Of a DNA stretch of 64,000 nt, positions 8,801-18,354 are shown piece by piece. The notes under the pieces were generated by a model. That model was not told where the DNA came from. It saw nothing but the letters and a program-made list of their open reading frames with translations, and did not search any database. The number at the start of each line of letters is the position of its first letter. Position 1 is the first letter of the stretch. This DNA comes from Gemmatimonadaceae bacterium (lineage in GTDB: Bacteria; Gemmatimonadota; Gemmatimonadetes; Gemmatimonadales; Gemmatimonadaceae), in NCBI GenBank assembly GCA_051859245.1, contig JBHYGA010000006.1, forward strand, positions 128,001 through 192,000, in the 5' to 3' direction. The position numbers were made by a program, and so were the translations under genes.

Positions 8801-9879
8801 TCAGCGCGTCGACGGTTGAGCGCACCAAGCCTGGTGCCATTCGCGTGCTGGTGGTCGATGACTCGGCCCTCGTGCGGCGCATCATCACTGAAGCGCTCGA
8901 TCGTCACCCGGATATTGAGGTGGTGGGCACGGCAACGGATCCGTATGTGGCGCGTGAACGCATTGTCGCGCTGCGCCCCGATGTGGTGACGCTGGATGTG
9001 GAAATGCCACGCATGGACGGCCTGTCGTTTCTGGCCAAGCTCATGCGGCACTTCCCGTTGCCGGTGATTGTAGTGAGCTCCGTGACACCACAGCACTCGG
9101 ACGCGGCGTTGCGAGCACTGTCGCTGGGAGCTGTTGACGTGATCGCCAAGCCAGGTGCCATGACCGCCAGCTCAGAAGTCACCGACGAGCTCGTGCGCGC
9201 AGTACGCGTTGCGGCGCGTGCGCGCGTGAGCAAGCTCGTGGAACCCGTTGATGCCGCGCCTACGCGCGTGCCAACCATCGCGTCACTGAATTCCACGCAC
9301 AAAGTGATCGCGATTGGCGCGAGCACAGGCGGCACGCAGGCGATTGAAGCCGTTCTGCGGCGCTTTCCTGTTGACGCTCCAGCCACCGTGATTGTGCAGC
9401 ACATGCCCGAGCATTTCACGCTGTCGTTTGCCAAGCGACTTGATTCCGTGTGTGCTATCACGGTACGTGAAGCGAGTGATGGTGATGTGCTCACACCTGG
9501 GCTCGCCCTCGTGGCGCCTGGTGGCAAGCATCTGGTGATTCAGGCGAGTGGTGCGCGCTGGGTCGCGCGCGTGAAGGACGGGCCGAAAGTGCATCATCAG
9601 CGACCTGCGGTTGATGTCACCTTTCAGAGCCTCGCGCGCTGCGCGGGTCGCAACGTCGTCGCCGCGTTGCTCACAGGGATGGGAGCCGATGGTGCCAAAG
9701 GCATGCTGGCACTGCGTGAAGCCGGCGCGTACACGATTGCGCAGGACGAAGCCTCATCGGTGGTGTGGGGCATGCCGCGTGAAGCGGTGAAACTGGAAGC
9801 CGCCGTGGATGTGCTTCCGCTCGGCGACGTTGCGCAGGGCTTGCTGCACGCGCTGGGTCGCGAGGTCGCGCTCGTTTAA
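8797..9879 (+). CDS. cheB: Chemotaxis methylesterase CheB (REC + esterase)
   Basis: REC (VVDDS, LDVEMP) plus GASTGG, VQHMP, TGMGADG catalytic motifs; GTG start overlaps the cheX stop. Confidence 0.97.
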   Translation: MISASTVERTKPGAIRVLVVDDSALVRRIITEALDRHPDIEVVGTATDPYVARERIVALRPDVVTLDVEMPRMDGLSFLAKLMRHFPLPVIVVSSVTPQHSDAALRALSLGAVDVIAKPGAMTASSEVTDELVRAVRVAARARVSKLVEPVDAAPTRVPTIASLNSTHKVIAIGASTGGTQAIEAVLRRFPVDAPATVIVQHMPEHFTLSFAKRLDSVCAITVREASDGDVLTPGLALVAPGGKHLVIQASGARWVARVKDGPKVHHQRPAVDVTFQSLARCAGRNVVAALLTGMGADGAKGMLALREAGAYTIAQDEASSVVWGMPREAVKLEAAVDVLPLGDVAQGLLHALGREVALV

Positions 9880-9917
9880 CCGCTTTGCCGTTCCCGCGTG
9901 CTGCGCCGCGTGTCCGT

Positions 9918-10670
9918 TCAGCCCTGCGGCAGCACCGGTAAGTACACACGACACACGGTCTGCCCGTTAGCGTGCTGGATGGTCATCTGACCACCTGCGG
10001 CCCACGCAGCCGCTCGCGCGATGGCGAGACCAAGGCCAGCGCCACGCACCCCATTTTTTGTGGTCACGAACGGATCGAACAGATTGTTCGCCACAGATTC
10101 GTGAATACCGGGGCCGTGATCGATCACGTCGATGATCGCCCACACGCCGGAGGCGATCGGTACGCCGCTGTCAATGCGTTCAGTGCTCACGGTCTCTTGT
10201 GCGACAGCAACGGTTATGCCCGCCGGCGACGCTTCGCGTGCGTTCTGAATCAACTCATGCAGCGCTTCTCCGAGCACGGCCGCATTCATGTGCACGTGCG
10301 CGTGTGAAGCGCCTGAACTCGTGATCGGAACGGCGGAGGCCAGTTGTTCCTGCCGAATCACATCCGCGAGCAACGCATCAAGGTCGAGTGGCGCCGCCTT
10401 GCTGACCGCCGCGCGACCAAACGCCGAGCAGCGCTGCATGTAGGCCACCGTGGTGTCGGCCGCCTGCGCAATCTCGTCAAGGTCAGCGCGATTCGGATGA
10501 TCCTGCGGCAGATCGGCCAGCATCAGCTCGGAGTACGTGCGAATGACCGTGAGAAAGTTGCTGAGGTCATGCGCCATACGGCGTGAGAAGTACGCCAGCG
10601 CGTTGGTACGACGATGCGCTTCAGCCAGTTCGGCCTGGGCAGCGTGAATCTCGGGTGACATCGAGTTCAT
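9918..10670 (-). CDS. Small histidine kinase (HisKA + HATPase, no sensor domain)
   Basis: H-box MAHDLSNFLTVI, ELIQNAREA, DHGPGI, FDPFVTTK, GAGLGLA; start taken at MNSM (uncertain). Confidence 0.8.
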   Translation of the reverse strand: MNSMSPEIHAAQAELAEAHRRTNALAYFSRRMAHDLSNFLTVIRTYSELMLADLPQDHPNRADLDEIAQAADTTVAYMQRCSAFGRAAVSKAAPLDLDALLADVIRQEQLASAVPITSSGASHAHVHMNAAVLGEALHELIQNAREASPAGITVAVAQETVSTERIDSGVPIASGVWAIIDVIDHGPGIHESVANNLFDPFVTTKNGVRGAGLGLAIARAAAWAAGGQMTIQHANGQTVCRVYLPVLPQG

Positions 10671-10869
10671 GAGCAAAGCGGTGCAAAAGTGAGGACGCCC
10701 GACGCGGCAACACCGAGCTGGCTGGCGCACGCCGGCCGGTTGAGCGCCATATTTCCAGCCAACAATCTCGCACATACCGGCTGAGTTCGCCTGCCCAGTC
10801 GGTCGCTCCCTCCCCTGTTTCGCACCCTCTCACGGCTAACGCTGCCTGTAAGCCGAGCAGGTAATTCAC

Positions 10870-11523
10870 GTGCCGCGACCAGTCCGACTGACCCGAACGA
10901 CGTTGGCCCAGGCCACCACCGAGTTGAGCGCCCGCGATGCGCGGCTGGCGCGTGTGATCGAGGCGGTTGGTCCATGTACGATGATCGCGCGGCGTCAGGG
11001 CACACACTTCGAGCATCTCTCGCGAGCGATTGTCTATCAGCAGCTGTCGGGCAAGGCGGCGGGCACGATACACGGGCGCGTTTGCGAGGCCTTGGGCGGT
11101 GCGCTTGTGGCCGATGCCGTGGTACGTGCCGATGATGTGACGCTGCGCAGCGCAGGGCTGAGTCAGGGAAAACTGCGTGCACTGCGCGACCTGAGTGAGC
11201 GCGTGCTTGACGGTCGCCTTGATCTCGACGCGATCGAATCGCAGCCTGATGACAAGATCATTGAGGATCTTGTGCACGTGCGTGGCATCGGACCCTGGAC
11301 CGCGCAGATGTTTCTGATGTTTCGACTGGCGCGACCCGATGTGCTGCCGGTGCTTGACCTGGGCGTGCGCAAAGGTGCACAGCGGATGCATCGGTTACGC
11401 TCGTTGCCTGACGAAGCGCGCCTGGAAAAACTCGCGCGCCCCTGGCAACCGTGGCGCTCGGTCGCCAGTTGGTATTGCTGGCGCGTGCTGGACCTTGAAG
11501 CCGAGGGGAAGTGGCCGCTCTGA
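10870..11523 (+). CDS. alkA: DNA-3-methyladenine glycosylase II family (HhH-GPD)
   Basis: AIVYQQLS, HhH VRGIGPWTAQMFLMF, RPDVLPVLDLGV, WQPWRS. Confidence 0.88.
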   Translation: MPRPVRLTRTTLAQATTELSARDARLARVIEAVGPCTMIARRQGTHFEHLSRAIVYQQLSGKAAGTIHGRVCEALGGALVADAVVRADDVTLRSAGLSQGKLRALRDLSERVLDGRLDLDAIESQPDDKIIEDLVHVRGIGPWTAQMFLMFRLARPDVLPVLDLGVRKGAQRMHRLRSLPDEARLEKLARPWQPWRSVASWYCWRVLDLEAEGKWPL

Positions 11524-11590
11524 GCGTGGCGCGCGTCACGCGGCGCAAAAGCGCTTCGGAACGGAGACGAGAACCGCGCGTTGATCCGCT

Positions 11591-12991
11591 GTGACTACTC
11601 ACTCGTTTGTCCGATCTATTCGCGTTCCGGTTCCCGTTCGCGAACTCTTTGCCTGGCACGAGCGCGAGGGGGCATTTGAGCGCCTCTCGTCACCGTGGCA
11701 AACCGTGCGCGTGGTGTCGCGCAGCGGCGGTATTCGCGATGGCGCGACGGTGGCGCTCGATGTGAAAACACTCGGTGTCACCTCGCGCTGGAATGTGGTG
11801 CACCGTGATTATCGTCAGAACGAGCAGTTCGTTGACGAAATGCGTGGCGGCCCGTTTGCGAAGTGGATTCACACGCATGCCTTCGCGAGCGACGGTGATC
11901 ACGCCAGCGTGCTCACCGATACCATCGAATACGCGTTACCACTCGATGGATTGGGTGACGCGGCCGCCGGCTGGTTTGTGCGCGACACACTGGAACGTAC
12001 GTTTCGGTATCGGCATGCCGTCATGGCCCACGATCTCGCGCGTCACGCGCAGTTCGCGTCGCGAGATCGCCTCAAGATTGCCATCACCGGGGCGTCGGGA
12101 TTTGTTGGCAACGCGTTGTGTGCGTTTCTCACCACCGGCGGACATCAGGTCCTGCGAATCGGTCGGGGGGCGGTGCGAGCGGGAACGACGGATATTTCAT
12201 GGGATCCTGCACGCGGTGTGCTCGATGCGTCGGCGCTTGAAGGGGTGCACGCCGTGATTCATCTCGCGGGCGCACCAATTGCCGAACGGTGGACCGATGA
12301 GCACAAACGCGCGATTCGCGAGAGTCGCGTACAAGGCACGGCGCTCATTGCCCGCGCCATTGCATCGCTTCGCACAAAACCCGCCGTGCTGCTGTCGGGC
12401 AGTGCGATCGGTGCCTACGGCGCTAATCGTGGCGCTGAAGTTGTCGATGAATCGAGTGCGCTGGCCGATGATTTTCTGGCCGACGTGGTGCGTGACTGGG
12501 AAGGGGCAACACGTGTGGCGGAGGATGCCGGTGTGCGTGTCGTGCACTTGCGCACCGGCATTGTGACCGGTGTGGCCGGCGGCGCACTCGCCAAACAGTG
12601 GCCGCTCTTTCAACTCGGGCTCGGCGGTCCGCTGGGCGACGGACGTCACTACATGAGCTGCATCGCGCTCGATGATGAAATCGGGGCGATTCATCATTGT
12701 CTCATGGATGAACGCATCTCGGGCCCGGTGAATCTTGTCGCACCCGAAGCCGTCACGAATGCGGAGTACGCCTCGCAGATCGGGGAGGCCATCGGGCGAC
12801 CTGCGTTTCTGCCGGCGCCTGCGTTTGCCATGTCCCTGTTGTTCGGACGCGAAATGGTGGACGCAACGGCGCTCGCCAGTCAACGCGTACGTCCCACCGT
12901 GCTCTCAAAGCACGGCTTCCGTTGGGGCTGGCCCACGGTGCGGCAAATGGTCGCATTCGAAACCGGACGCGCGGAGTACCACGCGCCGTAA
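11591..12991 (+). CDS. SRPBCC domain + TIGR01777-like NAD-dependent epimerase fusion
   Basis: N-terminal FAWHER..AFERL...FVDEM..GPF..W.H.H; then ITGASGFVG, VIHLAG, SGSAIG.YG, LRTGIV, GPVNLVAP. Confidence 0.88.
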   Translation: MTTHSFVRSIRVPVPVRELFAWHEREGAFERLSSPWQTVRVVSRSGGIRDGATVALDVKTLGVTSRWNVVHRDYRQNEQFVDEMRGGPFAKWIHTHAFASDGDHASVLTDTIEYALPLDGLGDAAAGWFVRDTLERTFRYRHAVMAHDLARHAQFASRDRLKIAITGASGFVGNALCAFLTTGGHQVLRIGRGAVRAGTTDISWDPARGVLDASALEGVHAVIHLAGAPIAERWTDEHKRAIRESRVQGTALIARAIASLRTKPAVLLSGSAIGAYGANRGAEVVDESSALADDFLADVVRDWEGATRVAEDAGVRVVHLRTGIVTGVAGGALAKQWPLFQLGLGGPLGDGRHYMSCIALDDEIGAIHHCLMDERISGPVNLVAPEAVTNAEYASQIGEAIGRPAFLPAPAFAMSLLFGREMVDATALASQRVRPTVLSKHGFRWGWPTVRQMVAFETGRAEYHAP

Positions 12992-13024
12992 CCTCGCTCC
13001 CTCGCCGCGTGCTAGTTTGCGACG

Positions 13025-14506
13025 ATGATCGAGACGCTGACTTCCGCTCACGCACTGACATTGGCCCTGTTCGGGTTGTTGTTGTTGTTGAGCGTGGTCT
13101 CGAGTCGGGCCGCGGAGCGCACCGGCCTGCCGCTCTCGCTGCTGTTTCTTGGCGTCGGCATGCTGGCCGGGTCCGAAGGCATTGGCGGGTTGGCCTTTGA
13201 GGACTACGCCTTTGCCTATCGCATGGGTTCGTTGGCGCTGGCGCTGATCCTGTTCGACGGCGGGCTGAACACGCCTGTCTCTGCCATCAGAAGCGTGATC
13301 GGACCGGCAGGGGTGCTGGCATCGCTCGGCGTCGTGCTGACCGCCGGCCTCATGACGGGCGGCGGTTATTTGCTCGGTCTGCCGCTCACCATCGCGCTCC
13401 TTGTGGGCGCCGTGGTCTCGTCGACGGACGCCGCGGCCGTGTTCGCCGTGCTTCGTGGTGCCGGCATCAATCTCAAACGGCGCGTTGGCCTGACGCTGGA
13501 ACTCGAGTCCGGTCTGAATGATCCGCTGGCGATCATCCTGACATTCGCTGTTGCCAGCTGGGCAATTCAGGGCGGCCGGCCAGATATACCAGGGATTCTG
13601 CGCGACATCGCCTGGCAGGCGTCCGTGGGTGCCGCACTGGGTTTGGGTATCGGCTTCGCTGCCAGTCGCATGCTCCCGCGACTCGCGCTGCGCGCCGCGG
13701 GGCTCTATCCAGCCTTCACCCTCGCGGTTGCCTGCCTGGCGTATGCGATCCCCACGCTCCTGGACGCGAGCGGGTTTCTGGCGGTCTACCTCGCCGGACT
13801 CGCGATCGGACACGGTGCGGTGCCGTACCGCGCGAGCGTTGTGCGCGTGCACGATGCGATTGCCTGGCTGTCGCAGATCGTCATGTTCCTCGCGCTTGGT
13901 CTGCTCGTATTCCCCAGTCGCCTGTTGGTTGCTGCTCCAATCGGATTGGCGCTTGCGGCGCTGCTGGTTGTTGTCGCGCGACCGATTGCCGTGGCCGTGT
14001 GCCTGCTCCCATTCCGCTTTCGTGCGCGAGAAGTGGGCTACATCGGCTGGGTAGGACTGCGTGGCGCGGTCCCCATCATTCTGGCGGTGGTACCGATTCT
14101 GTCGGGCGTGCCCGATGCGCTGCGGGTCTTTGACGTGGTATTCTTCGTGGTCGTGATCAGTGCGCTGGTGCAGGGGGCGACGGTGCCTTGGCTCACGCGA
14201 CGGTTGGATCTGGAAACAGCGGAGCCGCCGCCCTCAATGGCGGTGCTCAACATTGAAGCGCGCGAACCGTTCACAAGCGATCTGCAATCGTATTTCGTAG
14301 ACGAACTGCTGCCAGTAGCCGGGTGCCGCCTGGCAGATCTGCCACTGCCGCAGTCGTCCAGTGTCATGCTGATCGTGCGAGATCGCGATTTGATCGCTCC
14401 TCGAGGTGATACGGTGCTGACGCCCGGAGACCACGTCTATGTCCTGTCGCGGCCGGATGACCGGTCGATGGTGCAGATCCTCTTCGGCCACGCCGAAACT
14501 GAATAG
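13025..14506 (+). CDS. cvrA: K+/H+ antiporter (CvrA/NhaP2 type) with TrkA-C domain
   Basis: LFLGVGMLAGSEG, ILFDGGL, SSTDAAAVF, LELESGLNDP, GLRGAVPI; C-terminal PRGDTVL.PGD. Confidence 0.88.
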   Translation: MIETLTSAHALTLALFGLLLLLSVVSSRAAERTGLPLSLLFLGVGMLAGSEGIGGLAFEDYAFAYRMGSLALALILFDGGLNTPVSAIRSVIGPAGVLASLGVVLTAGLMTGGGYLLGLPLTIALLVGAVVSSTDAAAVFAVLRGAGINLKRRVGLTLELESGLNDPLAIILTFAVASWAIQGGRPDIPGILRDIAWQASVGAALGLGIGFAASRMLPRLALRAAGLYPAFTLAVACLAYAIPTLLDASGFLAVYLAGLAIGHGAVPYRASVVRVHDAIAWLSQIVMFLALGLLVFPSRLLVAAPIGLALAALLVVVARPIAVAVCLLPFRFRAREVGYIGWVGLRGAVPIILAVVPILSGVPDALRVFDVVFFVVVISALVQGATVPWLTRRLDLETAEPPPSMAVLNIEAREPFTSDLQSYFVDELLPVAGCRLADLPLPQSSSVMLIVRDRDLIAPRGDTVLTPGDHVYVLSRPDDRSMVQILFGHAETE

Positions 14507-14545
14507 CACGCGCGCTCCCGTGCGCCCGACTGACTGCAATCGTTT

Positions 14546-15064
14546 ATGCCAATCGTAGATTTTGCTTCGCTGCCCGATGACGCTCGCGTCTGGGTGTTTG
14601 CCGCGTCCGATGTGTTGCCGCCGGAACCCGAGGCGTTGCTGCTGCAACGCGTCGACGAGTTTCTGGTACAGTGGCGAGCACACGGCACACCACTGCGGTG
14701 CGCGCGAGAGTGGCGTGAGGGGCGATTTCTGTGTATCGCGGTTGATCAGCGTTCAGCTGCCGCGTCGGGTTGCTCCATTGACGGACTGTTTCGCACGTTG
14801 CGCGAGCTCGAACCGCGGCTCGGCGCATCGCTCACCAACGGCACGCTCGTGTATTGGCGCGATCAGGACGGCCTCGTGCAACGGGGCACGCGCCAGGAGT
14901 TTGCGGCGCTGGCGGCAAGCGGTGTGATACAGCCGATCACGCGCGTCTTCGATCTGACGGTCAACACACGCGCCGCGTGGAATGGAGAGTTTGAGCGCGC
15001 CGCGCTTGCGTCGTGGCATGCGAAATACCTTGCCGTCGACCACCGGGGCGCACCAGAAGGATGA
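14546..15064 (+). CDS. Conserved hypothetical protein (SGCSID motif)
   Basis: Clean 172-aa ORF in the operon; motifs LPDDARVWVF, W.AHG.PL, ASGCSID; its stop overlaps the next ATG. Confidence 0.75.
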   Translation: MPIVDFASLPDDARVWVFAASDVLPPEPEALLLQRVDEFLVQWRAHGTPLRCAREWREGRFLCIAVDQRSAAASGCSIDGLFRTLRELEPRLGASLTNGTLVYWRDQDGLVQRGTRQEFAALAASGVIQPITRVFDLTVNTRAAWNGEFERAALASWHAKYLAVDHRGAPEG

Positions 15065-17337
15065 GCATGCAAGCGGCGCGCGCGACACGGGCAGATATCA
15101 CGCGTGCCGCGCGCGACTTCCGGGCGCTGTTCTGGTCGCGGGAATGGTTTCACCTGAATCAGCGACGAGCGCTGTGGGTGTCCATCGCGTTGGGTCTGAA
15201 CCTTCTCATGTTGGTCACCGATGTGGGCTGGACGTCGGCACCCATCGTGATCGGCTACGTCAGCTGGCTGCTCGCCGTTGGCGTGCTCGAAGTCATTCGT
15301 CGCCGACTCGATGATCGTGATGTCATCCTCACGTGGAGCGCCATTGCGTGCTGCGTGGATGTGCTGTTCGTGGCCGTCCAGATGTACAACACGGGCGGCG
15401 GTTGGTGGTTGGGTGTGCCATTTCTCGGAATCGTCACCGCAATCGCTGCGACATCGCTGCCGCGCGGTTATGGAATTTCCGTGTTTGTGGCAGCACTTAC
15501 TGCGTGGACGCTGCTGCTGCTATTCCTGCTCGTTGGCGTGCTGCAGCCATTGCCATGGTTCGGATTGCCATCGGTGCAAAACAACGTTGCACTGCTCAGC
15601 ACGCAGTACTTGCTCGGCGGTATGGCGCTCTCCGCGATCTGGACACTGCTGCGAGGGCAAGCCAAACGATCGCGTCGACCACTCGAGTCGTACCGTCGCA
15701 TGGTGGAGGCGTCACCATTCGCGACCTTCACCATGGGACGCGATGGACGGGTACGTGACGTGAATCCGGCGGCACTGCGACTCACTGCGATGCGCGCCGA
15801 TGAGCTGCTGGGTCGCGGCGTACTCCGGTTTGTGAAGACAGAGCAGCAACAGGAAGTCTTGAGGGCATTTGAACGCACGCTGGCGGGTGAGACATCGCGA
15901 ATCGAACACGGGTTCCATTGTGGCGATGGCGTGGTCCGCTGGTTCAGCGTCACCTACTCACCAATCGACACCGGCAGTGACGATCAGGTCGTGCTCGCCA
16001 TTGCCCAGGATCTCACTGCCGAGCGTAATGCAGCGATTGCGAACGAAGCGTTGCAGCGTGAACTCGCCGAGTCGCGTCGTATGCAGCTGGTGGGACGATT
16101 GGTATCCGGCGTGGCGCACGAACTGAACAACCCGTTGGCTGCGGTCATGTCGTTCACCGAACAATTGTTGCACGAGGCCGCAGATGACGACCAGCGTTTG
16201 GCGTTGAACACGGTACACGAACAGGCCGGGCGCGCGCGCGCCATCGTGCGTGATCTGTTGCAAGTCGTGCGCGATCGCGGCGAGCGAGAGCGGCAGGCGA
16301 TTTCGATCGAGCAGCTGTTGGCATCGTGCGTGAACGCTTTACGGCGCGATGCTGAGCTCGCGCGCGTGGCGATCCGCTCGCAGACGATCAACCCGGGTCC
16401 ACTGGCGATCGCCGACGCCACCGGACTCGCACAAGTCTTCGACAATATTCTCCGGAACGCGCTGCTCGCGTCGCCGCCGATGAGCACGGTGACAACAACG
16501 CTCGACTATCTTCCAGATGGCTGGCGCATCTCAATCAGCGATCAGGGTGCGGGCGTTCCAGAGCACGTGCGGGCGCATTTGTTTGAGCCGTTTTTCACCA
16601 CGCGTTCGCCGGGCGAGGGCACCGGCCTTGGCTTAGCTGTGTCACAGGGAATCGTTGACCAGCACGGCGGCACGCTCGTCCTTGAAGAAACGCCGCGTGA
16701 TTCCGGTCTCGGCGCCACCTTTACCGTGTTCCTGCCCGCCCGGCTGGCCGATCGAAACGAAACGGGTGAGCCGTCGGTTCTTTCGGCATCGCGCGAGATC
16801 ACCGACCCTTTCCCGATGTCTGTTTCGGAGTCCGCAGTGAGTCAAATCCCGTGCCTGTTGCTGATCGATGACGAAGCCGCCATTCGCATGGCGCTCGAAC
16901 GGTTTTTGACGCGTCGCGGATGGCGCGTGGAAACGTGTGCGTCGGGAATCGAAGGGCGCGACGCACTCATGGCCGCAGACGCGGACTCGCGGTACAACGC
17001 CATTGTGTGTGATCTGAAAATGCCAGGCATGACCGGCATCGAACTCTACCGACATCTCGAAGCCAACCGTCCAGCATTGATCGACAAACTGATCTTTGCG
17101 ACTGGTGACGTCGCCTCGCAGGATGTCGCCCTGTTTCTCGAGTCAGTGCGTTGTCCGGTGCTCGAGAAACCATTCTCGCTCGCGAGTCTGGCGGAACTTC
17201 TTGAATCGCGACGCGCCGCTGCCACGCCGCACGCTGCCACGCCGCACGCTGCCACGCAGCACGCAGCTGCGAGTGCGGTGCCCGTTACGGCCGCAGCCAA
17301 TGATCCCGGCGCTCCCGCACCCACTCGTCATCAGTAA
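15061..17337 (+). CDS. Membrane hybrid sensor kinase (TM-PAS-HisKA-HATPase-REC)
   Basis: About 6 hydrophobic helices, PAS (VNPAA), GVAHELNNPL, FEPFFTT, GTGLGL, REC (IDDE, CDLKMP, EKPF). Confidence 0.92.
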   Translation: MSMQAARATRADITRAARDFRALFWSREWFHLNQRRALWVSIALGLNLLMLVTDVGWTSAPIVIGYVSWLLAVGVLEVIRRRLDDRDVILTWSAIACCVDVLFVAVQMYNTGGGWWLGVPFLGIVTAIAATSLPRGYGISVFVAALTAWTLLLLFLLVGVLQPLPWFGLPSVQNNVALLSTQYLLGGMALSAIWTLLRGQAKRSRRPLESYRRMVEASPFATFTMGRDGRVRDVNPAALRLTAMRADELLGRGVLRFVKTEQQQEVLRAFERTLAGETSRIEHGFHCGDGVVRWFSVTYSPIDTGSDDQVVLAIAQDLTAERNAAIANEALQRELAESRRMQLVGRLVSGVAHELNNPLAAVMSFTEQLLHEAADDDQRLALNTVHEQAGRARAIVRDLLQVVRDRGERERQAISIEQLLASCVNALRRDAELARVAIRSQTINPGPLAIADATGLAQVFDNILRNALLASPPMSTVTTTLDYLPDGWRISISDQGAGVPEHVRAHLFEPFFTTRSPGEGTGLGLAVSQGIVDQHGGTLVLEETPRDSGLGATFTVFLPARLADRNETGEPSVLSASREITDPFPMSVSESAVSQIPCLLLIDDEAAIRMALERFLTRRGWRVETCASGIEGRDALMAADADSRYNAIVCDLKMPGMTGIELYRHLEANRPALIDKLIFATGDVASQDVALFLESVRCPVLEKPFSLASLAELLESRRAAATPHAATPHAATQHAAASAVPVTAAANDPGAPAPTRHQ
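17218..17262 (+). repeat. 15-bp tandem repeat x3 in the kinase tail
   Basis: GCTGCCACGCCGCAC x2 plus GCTGCCACGCAGCAC (AATPH/AATPH/AATQH). Confidence 0.9.
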
Positions 17338-18352
17338 GCTCCGGAAACTGTTGCGCAACGCGGGCGATGGCGTCGGCCTGTCCGTCACTTAGCCGTTCCG
17401 ACGTATCCAGTGTCCACACGCCGCGCACTAGTCCTTGTGCGCGCAGAACCTCGAGGATGCCAGGCAAACACCCGTGAAACTGGTGTGCCGCATCAAAGAT
17501 CGCCGCGTTCGCTGATGTCAGCGACGCGCCGTACGCGAGCAAATCCAGCGGCACATGAGTCGGCACATCGCCACCGCCTGCGCGCCACGCCTTGATCTCG
17601 CCAAGCAGCTGCACGGCACGGTGTGTCCACACCGCCCACTGTCCGAGCAGGCCACCCACAAACGCGCGCGACTCACGCACACCGCCTACCTGCACGGGAA
17701 TGTTGGTCACCAGATCACTGACAATTGCATCGTCGTTGCCAGTATACAACGCGATATCCGTGCGACCACTGTCCGCGACAGCGCGAACTACATCGAGCGT
17801 CGCGTAGCGGTCGAACGGCGCAACCTTGATTGCCACCACACCCGAGATCTCGGCGAACTCACGCCAGAAGCGATACGACAGCGCGCGTCCTCCAACGGCC
17901 GGTTGCAAATAGAAGCCAAAGAGCGGCATGGCTTCGGCAACGCGTGCACAGTGCGTGAGAATGGCCGCATCACTCGCATCGCGCCACGCACCAAGCGAGA
18001 GCAGGCCGCAATGATAACCGAGTTCGCGTGCGATTGCGGCTTCGCGCAGCGCCTGATCGGTTGAACCGATCAGGCCGGCCACGCGAACAAATGGTCGCGC
18101 GTTGTGATGCGCGAGTTGTGCAGTTGCGGTTTCTGCTGCGAGCTGCAGTACCGGGCGGTACAGGCCAACATCGGCGTCGTGAATGCGAAAGCCTGTGGTG
18201 TGCACTCCGACCGCCATGCCGCCAGCGCCTGCGTCTACGTAGTATCGCGTGAGTGCACGCTGATGCTGTTCATCAAGCGTGCGACTTGGCGTGAGCGCCA
18301 ACGGATGTGCGGGAATTACCTGGCCGGCCAGCAACTGTGCTCGAACATTCAC
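17285..18352 (-). CDS. Dihydrodipicolinate synthase-like class I aldolase family protein
   Basis: VIPAHPLAL, GVHTT, FYLQPAVGG, Schiff-base Lys in VAIKVAPF, YTGNDD; GTG start chosen 2 bp after the upstream stop. Confidence 0.8.
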   Translation of the reverse strand: MNVRAQLLAGQVIPAHPLALTPSRTLDEQHQRALTRYYVDAGAGGMAVGVHTTGFRIHDADVGLYRPVLQLAAETATAQLAHHNARPFVRVAGLIGSTDQALREAAIARELGYHCGLLSLGAWRDASDAAILTHCARVAEAMPLFGFYLQPAVGGRALSYRFWREFAEISGVVAIKVAPFDRYATLDVVRAVADSGRTDIALYTGNDDAIVSDLVTNIPVQVGGVRESRAFVGGLLGQWAVWTHRAVQLLGEIKAWRAGGGDVPTHVPLDLLAYGASLTSANAAIFDAAHQFHGCLPGILEVLRAQGLVRGVWTLDTSERLSDGQADAIARVAQQFPELTDDEWVRERRDHWLRP

Positions 18353-18354
18353 AG

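Noticed and set aside
10671..10869. 199-bp divergent intergenic region as a riboswitch or sRNA
   Set aside because: No recognisable conserved motif or strong structure by eye.
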